From Bryobacterales bacterium (GTDB lineage Bacteria; Acidobacteriota; Terriglobia; Bryobacterales; UBA6623): a stretch of 64,000 nt of DNA. The notes under the pieces were generated by a model that saw nothing but the letters and a program-made list of their open reading frames with translations, made no database searches and had not been told where the DNA came from. This document shows positions 54,755 through 64,000 of the stretch, in pieces. The stretch covers positions 960,001 through 1,024,000 of the forward strand of contig OY729427.2 in the NCBI GenBank assembly GCA_963422375.2, written 5' to 3'. Each line of letters begins with the position of its first letter. Position 1 is the first letter of the stretch. The position numbers and the translations under genes are program-made.

Positions 54755-56688
54755 CAGCGATTCTAAACCTGGTCATCAAGGTGGCGGATGAACGTTGTGT
54801 GCTGCTGTGTACTACGCCGCCTCCGCCTAGGAGCAGGCCCGCACAAATACTGCGCGCCCGAAGAGCGATCTTCGCGGCGCCGTCTTCCTTCGCTGCTGCC
54901 CGCTGAGCGCGCGACGGGCGCGGGCAGCCCCGATTGTGGCCCGGACCCGTGCGCTGGATCAGGGGGCGCGGGGCGCGCTAGTGAGCGATCACCCAGTCGC
55001 CGCGGGGCCCCTGCTCGGCGAAGCCGACGCGCTTGAGGTTGCGAATCGAGCGGGGCGTGTTGAACTCCGCGAGCAGGCGCTCGCAGTCCGTCTTGGGGTC
55101 CACGCAGGGCACACGGTCGCGCAGCATGGCGTAGATCGCACGCAGCATCTTGCCCGCCGTGGCCACGGTCGCCCGCTTCTAGCCGCGCCGGGCCGTCATG
55201 GCCTTGCGATGGTCGTGGAACTGGCAGTCCTTGGTGCGGGCGGCGTCGCGGACGCACTCGATCAACAGGGCCCGCACGTGCGGGCTACCGCTGCGGGCAG
55301 CGCCGGCCCGGCGCTTGCCGACGCTCTCGTTGGTACTCGGAGCCAAGCCGGCCCGGGCCGCGAGCTGCTCCGCGCCGGGGAGGGTCGCGGCCGGGTCGGG
55401 CCCAGCCTCCGGCAGCAGGCTGCGGGGGCCGGGGGCGTCGATCCCGGGCATGGTCTGCAGCAGGCACAGCAGGGGCTCGTGCTCGCGCAGGCCCTCGGCC
55501 AGGCGCCGGTCCAGCACGGCTAGGTCCGCGACCAGGCGGTCGAATGGCTGCAGCTGCTGCTGCAGGAGCCGGAGCGCCTCGCCGTCGAGATGGCCCTGCA
55601 GGACCTCCGCAAGCTGCTCCTTCTTGCCCTCCGCGCTCCCGTCCGGCGAGGCGAGGACCTCGGCGCTCGGGCGGCCCTCGGCCAGGCCGTCCAGCAGGCG
55701 CCGCCCGTTCAGGCCGAACACGTCGGCGACGCGCACGCCGGCCCGGTCGAGCGCCTTCCGAGCGCGATTGCGGACCTAGCTGCGGTCGTTGACCAGCTTG
55801 CGCCGGTAGCGGCTCAGGTGGCACAGGTCGCGGAAGAGCATGGTCGGCACGAAGCTGGCGCGGGCCAGTCCGGGAAGCGGAACCAGCGCAGCGCGACCTT
55901 CAGCGCCTCGAACAAGTCGCGGCGCGCGACCAGCTTGCGTCGGCACCGCCGCAGCGCGCAGACGCACCGCAGCACGGCATGGAGCACGAAGGCGAACAGG
56001 TTCGGCACGGCCGGCGAGTTGGCCAGCTAGGCCTTGGGGTGCTCCAAATTGCAGTTGCAGCCGCCCCGCGCCAGGCTGTTGAACCCCTCGTTCTCGATTT
56101 TCCAGCACGCCCGTCCGGCCCGCGCGATCCGCTCGGCGTTGTCCGCGGTGACCTCGAGACCGGTGAAGAGGCAATTCATGGAGGCGCGCTTGCCACGGCG
56201 TACTCGATCCTAGTGCCCTGCCGGGCCTCTGGGTGCTTACGCAGGGACAGCTCGTCCGCCCGGCGGAAGCGGTGCCGCTCGGACCCCTTGCCATGCCCGC
56301 GCCGCGGCAGCCAGCCGGTCGATTGCACAGCGCCGCGCGGCTGCCGGCTCTCCAGCACCTTGTACAAGCGCTTGTGGGATCCGGGCTTGCATACCCGCTC
56401 CATGCTCCGCCGGAACTCGAGGAACGACTCGCACCGGGTGAAATAGCAGGCCAGGGCGCAACCGGCGGCGTCGCTGACCTCGTAGCGCGTGTTGCGATCC
56501 GTGCGCCGGTCGGGCAGGCCGCCGGCGGTCTCGCGGAAGGCGCTCAGGAGCGAGTCCAATACCTGCGCCATACATTCTAGCCCGTAAATTGCGCTAGGAA
56601 AAGTCAATTGCCTGCATGCGCCAAGCTACTTTCGACACCCCTCTCAGACACTCTGGAAGTCCCAGAATGCCCAAACTTGGAATCGCTG
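54755..56688 (-). mobile_element. ISNCY-like element (internally deleted) carrying an IS110 fragment
   Basis: TIRs cagcgattctaa (54755) and ttggaatcgctg (to 56688); perfect 9-bp TSD ccctcaagc; LPDRRTDRNTRYEVSDAA, CWKIENEGFN. Confidence 0.85.
54978..55870 (-). mobile_element. IS110-family transposase C-terminal remnant
   Basis: ASFVP..FRDL..RYRRKL, DVFG..GR, TMPGID, AGLAPSTNESVGK, GSPHVRALLIE, KRATVATAGKMLRAIYAML; internal stops. Confidence 0.85.
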
Positions 56689-57257
56689 CCCTCAAGCCCA
56701 GCGCCATCCCTCGTTCGAATGTCTGACCCACCGCCATGTGCCCCATCTTGCCACCGGCGGTGCCTCTGTGATAGACTCGCTTGGAGGTGCTGCCGCCGTG
56801 GACGGCACCATCATTGCCCTTCGCGCCATCCACCGTGCCCGTTGTCGGTTTCACGTTTCGTGTCAGCTCGGGGCGTGACGCGTGAATCCACTCGACACTG
56901 CGATATTCCAAGCTCACCTCCTCCTAACTTGAATCGATCCACTCCTAAGGAACGCAACTCCACGTGACTTCACATGCGGCCACTTCCGGTGCGTGTCAAT
57001 CTGAATTCGATTGGTTGCCCTACTAGCATACCTGCGATGTCTGCTCCCAAGTCCAGCCACCCTAATCTTGATCCTCGAAAGGATTTTCCGTATTCTTGAG
57101 AGGTTTTCTGATCCCAAGACCACATCGAAAGCAATCACATCACGCGACATGTACGATCTTATTGAGGGAATTGGGAAGGATCACTCTGATAAGCTAGAGG
57201 CCCTCCAGCGAGCCATCACCTCCGATAGCGACAAGAGCATGGTCTCTCAGATAATAA

Positions 57258-57512
57258 GTGCCTGTGACAAAACTCGTATCCCCTTGACAACAAGGACGTT
57301 AGGTCCAATCTCTCAAGGCGAAGATTTCACTGGAATGCTACGACTAGTCCGAAATCCTGCCAATTCTGGGTAGAGCGCGGAAATCTTCGCGATTGGCGGC
57401 TGAGCAACTTCCGACCTCGGACCCTATATGTTGTGTTTGGAGATCCATCCGACCTCAGGATGTAGTATGAAATGCTGATCGGGCCAGAATTCAGGGGTTT
57501 TGTCTCAAGCAC
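57258..57512. mobile_element. 255-bp MITE-like insertion
   Basis: 16-bp TIR gtgcctgtgacaaaac / gttttgtctcaagcac (2 mismatches), TAA on both sides; removal restores the zorA frame. Confidence 0.75.
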
Positions 57513-58180
57513 TAATGAACTTTCGTGCATCGATTAGCGATGATATGAGAGCATTGATTCGTGAGTTTAGAGAATTCAAACAGCACATGGTTGAACAAAA
57601 TCAAAAGGCACTAATTGAGGCCCTTGAGGCTATTATTCGCGATTTTATGAGAATTTGACCGAACAATTCTGTGAGAATTTCAAGCAATTGAATCAAGGAG
57701 TGGAGAGACTTGTAGTATGGCAAGACCAATATAGTGATCACGTGGAACGGTCAATTGGTCTGCTTGACAAGATTGGTAGCAGCGACCTAGAAACTGGAAC
57801 GCTCATTCGGCACGATTGAGACCAGGATTGCTGCTCTTCCAGAGCCTCTCGAGAAGATTGACCCGGCACTGAAATCAGTCATCTCCAACAACACCTTACT
57901 CTCAGAGAGCCTCACAGAGCTTGCAGACCTTCGTGAGAAACCTCTGACTGCATTTCCAGTGATTGAATCCAATATTGAATCACTCACCGTGACGATGAAC
58001 AGCGCTGTGCAATCGACCGTCGACCAATTGAATTCATCACAGAAGGAAATGCAGACTATTGCAGAGTCACAGCGTCAGAAACACGAGGAGTTCATACGTG
58101 AGACCACACAATCGGTTCGAACTCAGATGGAGGGATCATTAACCGAAACACAGAGAATTGCCAGACAGAACATGGAGTTA

Positions 58181-59217
58181 CCTGATTACTAACGAACGTC
58201 ATCCGAGGATATGCTATACTGAAGGAGGTCGGAAATCTCTGACGGGAAAGGGGCTAGCAGATGAAACGCAATCGCGTGCAATTCCAGCAGGGACTCAGCC
58301 TGGGCAAGTTCCTGCAGCGCTACGGCAGCGAGGGGCCATGCGAGCAGGCCGTCTGCAAGGCCCGCTGGCCGGACGGACGGCTTCCGCTGCCCGGAGTGCG
58401 GCTCCCGCCGGCACTGCCGCATCCGCTCCCGCAAGCTCTGGCAGTGCCACGCCTGCCACCGCCAGACCTCCCTCGTCGCCGGCACGATCTTCGCCGCCAC
58501 CAAGCTGCCGCTGACCGTCCGGTTCCTGGCGATGCACCTGCTGACGCAGGGCCAGCACGGCGTTTCGTCGCTGGAACTGGCGCGGCAGCTGGGGGTCAGC
58601 CGGAACACGGCTTGGAAGATGAAGCACAAGCTCCTGCAAGTGATGAAGGAGCGCGACGAGCGCGTGCCGCCGGGCGGCATCGTGCAGGTGGACGACGCCT
58701 ACCGGGGCGGGGAGCGGACCGGCGGCACGCGCGGTCGCGGCGCGGCGGGCAAGACGCCGTTCGTGGCCGCCGTGCAGGTCACCGCCGCCGGCCAGCCGGC
58801 AAGGATGCGCATGAGCAGCGTGGCGGGCTTCCGCAAGAAGACGCTGGCAGCATGGGCCGGGCGGCACTTGCAGCCCGGCACGGAGGTGCATTCCGACGGC
58901 CCGGCCTGCTTCCGGGGCGTGGCCGACGCCGGCTGCGAGCACGTGCCGACCGTCACCGGAGGCGGGAAGCGGAGCTGCGGGGATTCCCGCTTCGTCCGGG
59001 TCAGCACGATGCTGGCGAACGTCAAGCAGTCCCTGGCGGGAACCTGCCCTGCGCTCGACGGCAAGCACCTGCCGCGCTACCTCGCCGCGTTCCGCTACCG
59101 CTTCAACCGCCGCTACGACCTGCAGGCGCTGGTCCCCCGCCTGCTCCACGCCTCCGTGCGCACCCCGCCCATGCCTTACCGCCTCCTAACCTTGGCTGAG
59201 TTTTGTGGGTAATCAGG
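58181..59217 (+). mobile_element. IS1595-family element, copy 3 (frameshifted at 58371-58378)
   Basis: TIRs cctgattac / gtaatcagg; perfect 8-bp TSD tggagtta; same transposase as copies 1 and 2. Confidence 0.95.
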
Positions 59218-59399
59218 TGGAGTTAATTGACAAAGGAATAGAGGCGGAGGTGACGCGAGTTCTCACCATGATGGGAGAATACTTGGCATCGATATCAGGA
59301 AAAATGAGAAGCGACTATGTGGAGCTTGCGGAAGATGTTTCAACTATCCTTCGACGGGTCAGGAGCTAGGAATAGAGGAGCATGACAGAACTTCTACCG

Positions 59400-60763
59400 C
59401 CCATTCAACTCCGAAGTGCGACACGCGGGTAAGGGGCGGTGGGCTGGGATACTAGGACCACAGTAGCAGATCCAGCGGCACCGGACAAGCCGCTGCCGGG
59501 CCGAAGCGGGAGGCCGCGTCCCGGGCAGGCGGGAATGCGTGCCCCGTTTCCGGAACGGGGACCCTCCGGGCCTGTCCGGGCGCAGCTCCCCCGCGCCCCT
59601 GTCCTCGCGGCGGGCTGCCAGCCCTGCCTCAGCCCCGCGGCACCCGCTCGCGCTCCGCCGGGAAGACTTCCTCCGGCGTGCGCCCGCCCGGCACCTTCCG
59701 CGGACGCCGGTTCAGGCGGTCCCGCGCCTCCCGCACCCGGGCCGGGTCCACCCGCCGCAGGTCCGTCCCCTGCGGGAAGTACTGCCGCGGCAGCCCGTTG
59801 GCATGCTCGTTCAGCCCGCGCTCCCAGGAGTGGCAGGGCCGCGCGCAGTAGAAGCCCGCCCCCAGCCGCTGCGCCACCTCCCGGTGCCTCCCGGTGCCCC
59901 GCGAACTCCTTGCCGCGAACTCCTTGCCGTTGTCGGCCGTGATCGTGTGCGTCACGGCCCCGCTCCCTGCGAGCATCCCTGCGAGCATGGCCGTCATCGC
60001 CGCCCCGACCAGCTGCGCCGGCTCACCGGCTGCACTAGCAGGTACTTAGAGAACCGGTCCACCAGCGTCACCAGCGCCCCGCGGCGCGGCCCGCCGATCA
60101 CGGTGTCGGCCTCCCGGTCGCCGACGCGCGCCTGCGCTCGCGCCTCCGCCGGGCGCTCCGCGATGTCCGCGCGCCCCGGGATCAGGCCGCGGCCCGCCGT
60201 CCGGCCGACCCGCCGCACGCGCTTGCGGCCGCCCTGCCTCGGGTGCCGGTACAGCCGGCCCCCCTGCCGCCGCTCCGCGCGCACCAGCTGGTAGATCCGT
60301 TCAGGGCTGATCTCCAGCGCCCCTTCCCACTTCAGCCGCGCCGCGACCTGCTCCGGGCTCCTGCTCCGGGCTCCAGTCCTGCCGCAGGCAGTCCTCGCTC
60401 CGCGTCCGCAGAGCCGACGTCAGCTTGCGCGGCCGGCACGACGCCGCGCGCCGCCGCCGCTCCGCGCGCTCGCCTTCCGCCGGTCGGCCGTTGCGGCCCA
60501 CTTCCCGGTAGATCGTGGCCCGCTTGCGGCCCGGCTGCCCGGCGATCCTGCCCGCTCCCCAGCCCGCCCAGCCCGCGGCCCGCAGCGTCTCGCTCCGGCA
60601 GCGCTCCTCCTGCGTCACGTGCGTGTAGCTCTTCCGCATCCGCCTCCCTGCTCCTTCCAGCACCTACCAGCCTACTGCCGCGACACCACCGCTCGCTGCC
60701 CCCCTCTCTCCCCTCCCTGCCATCTTGTGGCTCGGCGCGTGTCGCACTTCGGAGTTGAATGGG
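59400..60763 (-). mobile_element. IS30-family element with decayed transposase
   Basis: Perfect 28-bp TIR cccattcaactccgaagtgcgacacgcg; CG on both sides; TIYREV.RN, WSPEQ, GD.EADTVIG, TLVDR.S, TITADNGKEFA, WERGLNEHANG. Confidence 0.93.
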
Positions 60764-60765
60764 CG

Positions 60766-61147
60766 CATGGAGCGGCACAAGAAGGCATTGCATGGACACC
60801 GCAGAGACCGTGATAAACGGAATAACTGGTCCGATAATATTGAGGTGTTATGTATCAAGTGCCATTCTGGAGAACACTCGAGACTTCATCTTTCCTCGTC
60901 AGATGAACGCGCAATCGACAATCTAATCAAGTACAAGGACAGATGTGATCGGAAGTGCGAGATGTGCGGAGTCTGTATAGAAGACTGCAACGACCTCTTG
61001 CATGTCCACGGTGGTGACCTCGGTACGTCCAATCAGCACTCTCCGAACATAGAAGTATTGTGTGCTGTTTGTCATTCCGAGAGGCATCCTAGAATGCAGG
61101 TCCCTAGTGTGGATCGCATGCTGATTGAGGATCTAAGGAGATCGTAA
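60766..61147 (+). pseudogene. ZorE-like HNH endonuclease C-terminal part with two tandem HNH units
   Basis: LHGHRRDRDKRNN..NIEVLCIKCH and CEMCGV..LLHVH..SN..NIEVLCAVCH; position downstream of the zorA-like gene. Confidence 0.65.
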
Positions 61148-61344
61148 AGTGGAGAGGGTAGCACGAGTGAATGGGACGCCATGCCATTGACAATGGGCAG
61201 TTCGAGATGACATATGATTTCTGAGTTGCTCAGTGTGTCGTAGATTTAATGACGCCTATACGTTTGCGCCTGAGACGACGCTTTGCTATAATCCGTGGCT
61301 GGATGCGGCGACAGCAGTTGCCGGAAGCCATCGGAAGAGCCGTC

Positions 61345-62457
61345 ATGCGTATCAGAGCAGCAGTAGCCCGAAATATCGGCCAGTTGGCAATCGAGGAGGT
61401 CGAGCTCGCTGCTCCCAAGGAACGTGAGGTCCTAGTCCGGATTTGCTCCGCCGGCGTCTGCCACTCGGACCTGCACACGCTACGGGGCGAGTTGAGGGCG
61501 GTCCCTCCGCTCGTCCTAGGGCACGAGGGCGCAGGGGTCGTCGAGGCGGTCGGAAGCCGCGTCACCCGCTGTACGCCCGGTGACCGGATCGTGGTCAACT
61601 GGCTGCCGGCCTGCGAGAGCTGCCCGACCTGCCTCAGCGGCCGCCACAATCTCTGCGAGCGGCTGGCGCGCACGACGTTCCAAGCGATGCTGGTGGACGG
61701 CACGTCCCGCCTCAGCACGCTGGACGGCATGCCGCTGAAGCACTTCCTCAGCGCCGCCACGATGGCCGAGCATGCCGTGATCGACGAGTCGAGCGCCGTG
61801 CCGATTCCCAACGGCGTGTCGTTCGATGTCGCGGCCGTAATCGGCTGCGCAGTGGCCACGGGCGTTGGCGCGGTGATCAACACCGCCCGGGCCAAGCCAG
61901 GCCTGCCTGCCGCCGTCATCGGATGCGGCGGCGTCGGGCTGAGCGCCTTGATGGGCTGCCGTCTCGCCGGCTGCCGCCCGATCATTGCGGTGGACGTGCT
62001 GGACTCGAAGCTGGAATTCGCCCGGCAGCTCGGGGCGGACGACACGCTGAACTCCGCGGCGTGCGACGACCCGGCTAAGGCACTCCGGAAGATGGCAGCC
62101 GGCGGCCCCGAGTATTTGTTCGACAGCGTCGGGGCGGCCTCTACCATCGATCTCTCGCTTCGGGCGGTGCGCCCCGGCGGCACGGCGACCATCGTCGGCT
62201 TGGCTGCGGCCAAGCAGCAGGTCGAGATTACCGCAGGCGCCCTGGTCCTGCAGAACAAGCGCCTCCTCGGCTCGTTCGCGGGCTCGGTCCGGCCGCGCCT
62301 AGACCTGCCTAGGCTGATGGGCCTGTACCTCGGGGGCAGGCTGCCGCTCGACAGGCTGATCACCCGCCGGTACCGGCTCGACGACCTACCGACCGCCTTC
62401 GCGGACATGGAAGCGGGCCGCGTCGCGCGGGGCGTGCTCGCTCTAATCGAGCAGTAG
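61345..62457 (+). CDS. Zn-dependent alcohol dehydrogenase (MDR family)
   Basis: GVCHSDLH, LGHEGAG, C..C..C.......C structural Zn site, GCAVATGVGA, GCGGVG. Confidence 0.93.
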   Translation: MRIRAAVARNIGQLAIEEVELAAPKEREVLVRICSAGVCHSDLHTLRGELRAVPPLVLGHEGAGVVEAVGSRVTRCTPGDRIVVNWLPACESCPTCLSGRHNLCERLARTTFQAMLVDGTSRLSTLDGMPLKHFLSAATMAEHAVIDESSAVPIPNGVSFDVAAVIGCAVATGVGAVINTARAKPGLPAAVIGCGGVGLSALMGCRLAGCRPIIAVDVLDSKLEFARQLGADDTLNSAACDDPAKALRKMAAGGPEYLFDSVGAASTIDLSLRAVRPGGTATIVGLAAAKQQVEITAGALVLQNKRLLGSFAGSVRPRLDLPRLMGLYLGGRLPLDRLITRRYRLDDLPTAFADMEAGRVARGVLALIEQ

Positions 62458-62465
62458 CGCAGCGG

Positions 62466-63704
62466 TCAATCGTCGATGGACTGGTAGGCCAGGCGCTTGA
62501 ACTGGCCGCCGCTGTTGCCGAAGCGCGGCGGCAGCATCTGGATCATGTACAGCCCGATCATTTCCTCGGCGGGGTCGATCCAGAAGATGGTCCCCGCTAG
62601 GCCGCCCCAGTTGTACTCGCCCACCGAGCCGTTCAGCCCGCTCCTGGCCTTGTCCGCGTGGACGGCGAAGTCGAGGCCGAATCCGTAGCCCGGCGCCAGC
62701 ACGGACGAGGCGCGCCGGACGCCGCGTACATGGTCGCGTGTCATCAGCTCAATGGTCTTGCGACTGAGGATTCGCTGACCGTCGAGCGCACCCCCGTTCA
62801 GCAGCATCTGGCAGAAGCGCAGGTAGTCCCGGGCGGTGGACACCAGCCCCCCGCCGCCGGAATACCACTTGCTCTCGTAGTCGAAGTAGCCCGCCGAGCG
62901 GTCGGCGCGGGACGGCTCGATGCCCGTCTCGTCCTCGGTCTTGGAGTACATCTGCACGAACCGGTCCTTCTTGTCCGGAGGGACAGTGAAGCCCGTGTCG
63001 CGCATGTCCAGCGGCTCAAACAGCCGCTCGCCCAAGAAGGTCGCGAGATCCTTACCGGAGAGCACCTCGATCAGCCGTCCCTGCACGTCGACCGAGACGC
63101 TGTACTCCCAAGCCGAGCCCGGCTGGTGCTTGAGCGGCAGCTGGGCCAGCTTCTTGATGAAATCGTCCGACGAGCGGTTCCCGCCGAGCACGTCGAGCTC
63201 GCGAAAGCGCCTGTCGACCGGGTTCTTGCCGCCGCCGTAGCTCATGCCGGCGGTGTGCCGCATCAGGTCCTGGACGGTCATTTGGCGCTCGGAAGGCACC
63301 AGTCCGTCGCCGTCCTGCACCTTCAAGCCGCCAAGTTCCGGGATGTACCGCCGGACGGGATCGCGCAGCGCGAATCTGCCTTGCTCGTATAGCGTCATCA
63401 GGGCCACGCCCACGATCGGCTTGGTCATGGAGTAGATGCGGAAGATCGTGTCGTCGCGCAGCGGCCTGCCGGCCTCGCGATCGGCCATGCCGAGGGTCTC
63501 CCAGTAAGCGATCTTGCCTTTCCGGGCCACGATTCCCATCGCTCCCGCGAGGCGGCCCTCGTCCACGTCGGCCTGCATGGCCCGGGTGACGCGGCCCAGC
63601 CGCTCGGTCGAGAGTCCGACCTCAGCGGGTGCCGCGCGCGGGAACTCGGTGGCCGAGACAGTCGCGACAAGGGAGAGGACTAGGAGCGAGGCGCGAATAA
63701 TCAT
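62466..63704 (-). CDS. Serine hydrolase (beta-lactamase family), secreted
   Basis: FRIYSMTKP (SxxK), LMRHTAG, WEYS, GGGGLVSTARDYLRF, WGGLAGT.FWIDP. Confidence 0.92.
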   Translation of the reverse strand: MIIRASLLVLSLVATVSATEFPRAAPAEVGLSTERLGRVTRAMQADVDEGRLAGAMGIVARKGKIAYWETLGMADREAGRPLRDDTIFRIYSMTKPIVGVALMTLYEQGRFALRDPVRRYIPELGGLKVQDGDGLVPSERQMTVQDLMRHTAGMSYGGGKNPVDRRFRELDVLGGNRSSDDFIKKLAQLPLKHQPGSAWEYSVSVDVQGRLIEVLSGKDLATFLGERLFEPLDMRDTGFTVPPDKKDRFVQMYSKTEDETGIEPSRADRSAGYFDYESKWYSGGGGLVSTARDYLRFCQMLLNGGALDGQRILSRKTIELMTRDHVRGVRRASSVLAPGYGFGLDFAVHADKARSGLNGSVGEYNWGGLAGTIFWIDPAEEMIGLYMIQMLPPRFGNSGGQFKRLAYQSIDD

Positions 63705-63753
63705 GGATTTCCCTTCTATTCCGGACGGCGTGCCCGCTGGCCCGCCCTGTCCG

Positions 63754-64000
63754 TCAATCGACGATCGCTTGGTATGCCAGCCGCTTGAACTGGTTGCGGC
63801 TGTCACCGAAACGGGGCGGCAGCATCTGGATCATGTACAGGCCGATCAACTCTTCCGCCGGGTCAATCCAGAAGATCGTGCCCGCGAGCCCTCCCCAGTT
63901 GTACTCACCGGCGGAGCCGTTCAAGCCGCTCGCCGCCGGATCGAGATGCACCGCGAAGTCAAGGCCGAATCCGTAGCCCGGCCGCGAGATCGAAGACGCA
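63754..64000 (-). CDS. C-terminal end of a paralogous serine hydrolase (cut by the window edge)
   Basis: GYGFGLDFAVH..GEYNWGGLAGTIFWIDPAEE..FKRLAYQAIVD, nearly the same as the neighbouring gene's C-terminus. Confidence 0.88.
   Translation of the reverse strand, partial: ASSISRPGYGFGLDFAVHLDPAASGLNGSAGEYNWGGLAGTIFWIDPAEELIGLYMIQMLPPRFGDSRNQFKRLAYQAIVD

Larger units (their letters stand above)
57011..59369 (+). pseudogene. zorA: Zorya type II ZorA-like gene, 5'-truncated, split by a MITE and an IS1595, frameshifted
   Basis: Reconstructed AITSDSDKSMVSQI..ALIEALEAIIRDF(N)ENLTEQFCENFKQLNQGVERLVVWQDQY..LADLREK..AFPVIE..ELIDKGIEAEVTRVL..YLASISGKMRSDY; low GC; HNH gene downstream. Confidence 0.72.

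Noticed and set aside
58371..58380. Programmed frameshifting in the IS1595 transposases
   Set aside because: Each copy breaks at a different place through duplication; no shared slippery site

Overview
High-GC bacterial chromosomal window. The gene content suggests Acidobacteriota (inference): VWA-domain pair, Oar-like TonB-dependent receptors, CRTAC1/ASPIC-UnbV, DUF1552/DUF1592, sulfatases and TPR proteins. The backbone carries intact housekeeping and catabolic genes (carotenoid oxygenase, pta, pyrG, iolG, ceramidase-like, kelch, enolase-superfamily, two sulfatases, D-2-hydroxyacid dehydrogenase, VOC, AKR, Zn-ADH, two serine hydrolases) and one tRNA-Ser(CGA). Interspersed lower-GC patches hold mostly broken defence-like loci: a TcmP/DUF5131 pair, a ThsB-like TIR gene coupled to a frameshifted RipA-like membrane protein, two AlbA_2(Schlafen)-HATPase-wHTH genes, and a Zorya type II-like relic (zorA plus tandem-HNH zorE, no zorB). 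These are riddled with mobile DNA: four IS1595-family elements and one IS30 with readable TIRs/TSDs, a 255-bp MITE, ISNCY-like, IS110 and IS1634 remnants, and a group II intron remnant. The most striking unexplained structure is a non-coding module present three times around the first AlbA gene: a YACTTGAYSG box, an IHF-like site, and a second box, with identical spacing in all copies (89 bp box-to-box; IHF-like site starts 26 bp before box 2) although the intervening sequences look unrelated. All family assignments are from motif recognition by eye; no database searches were run.
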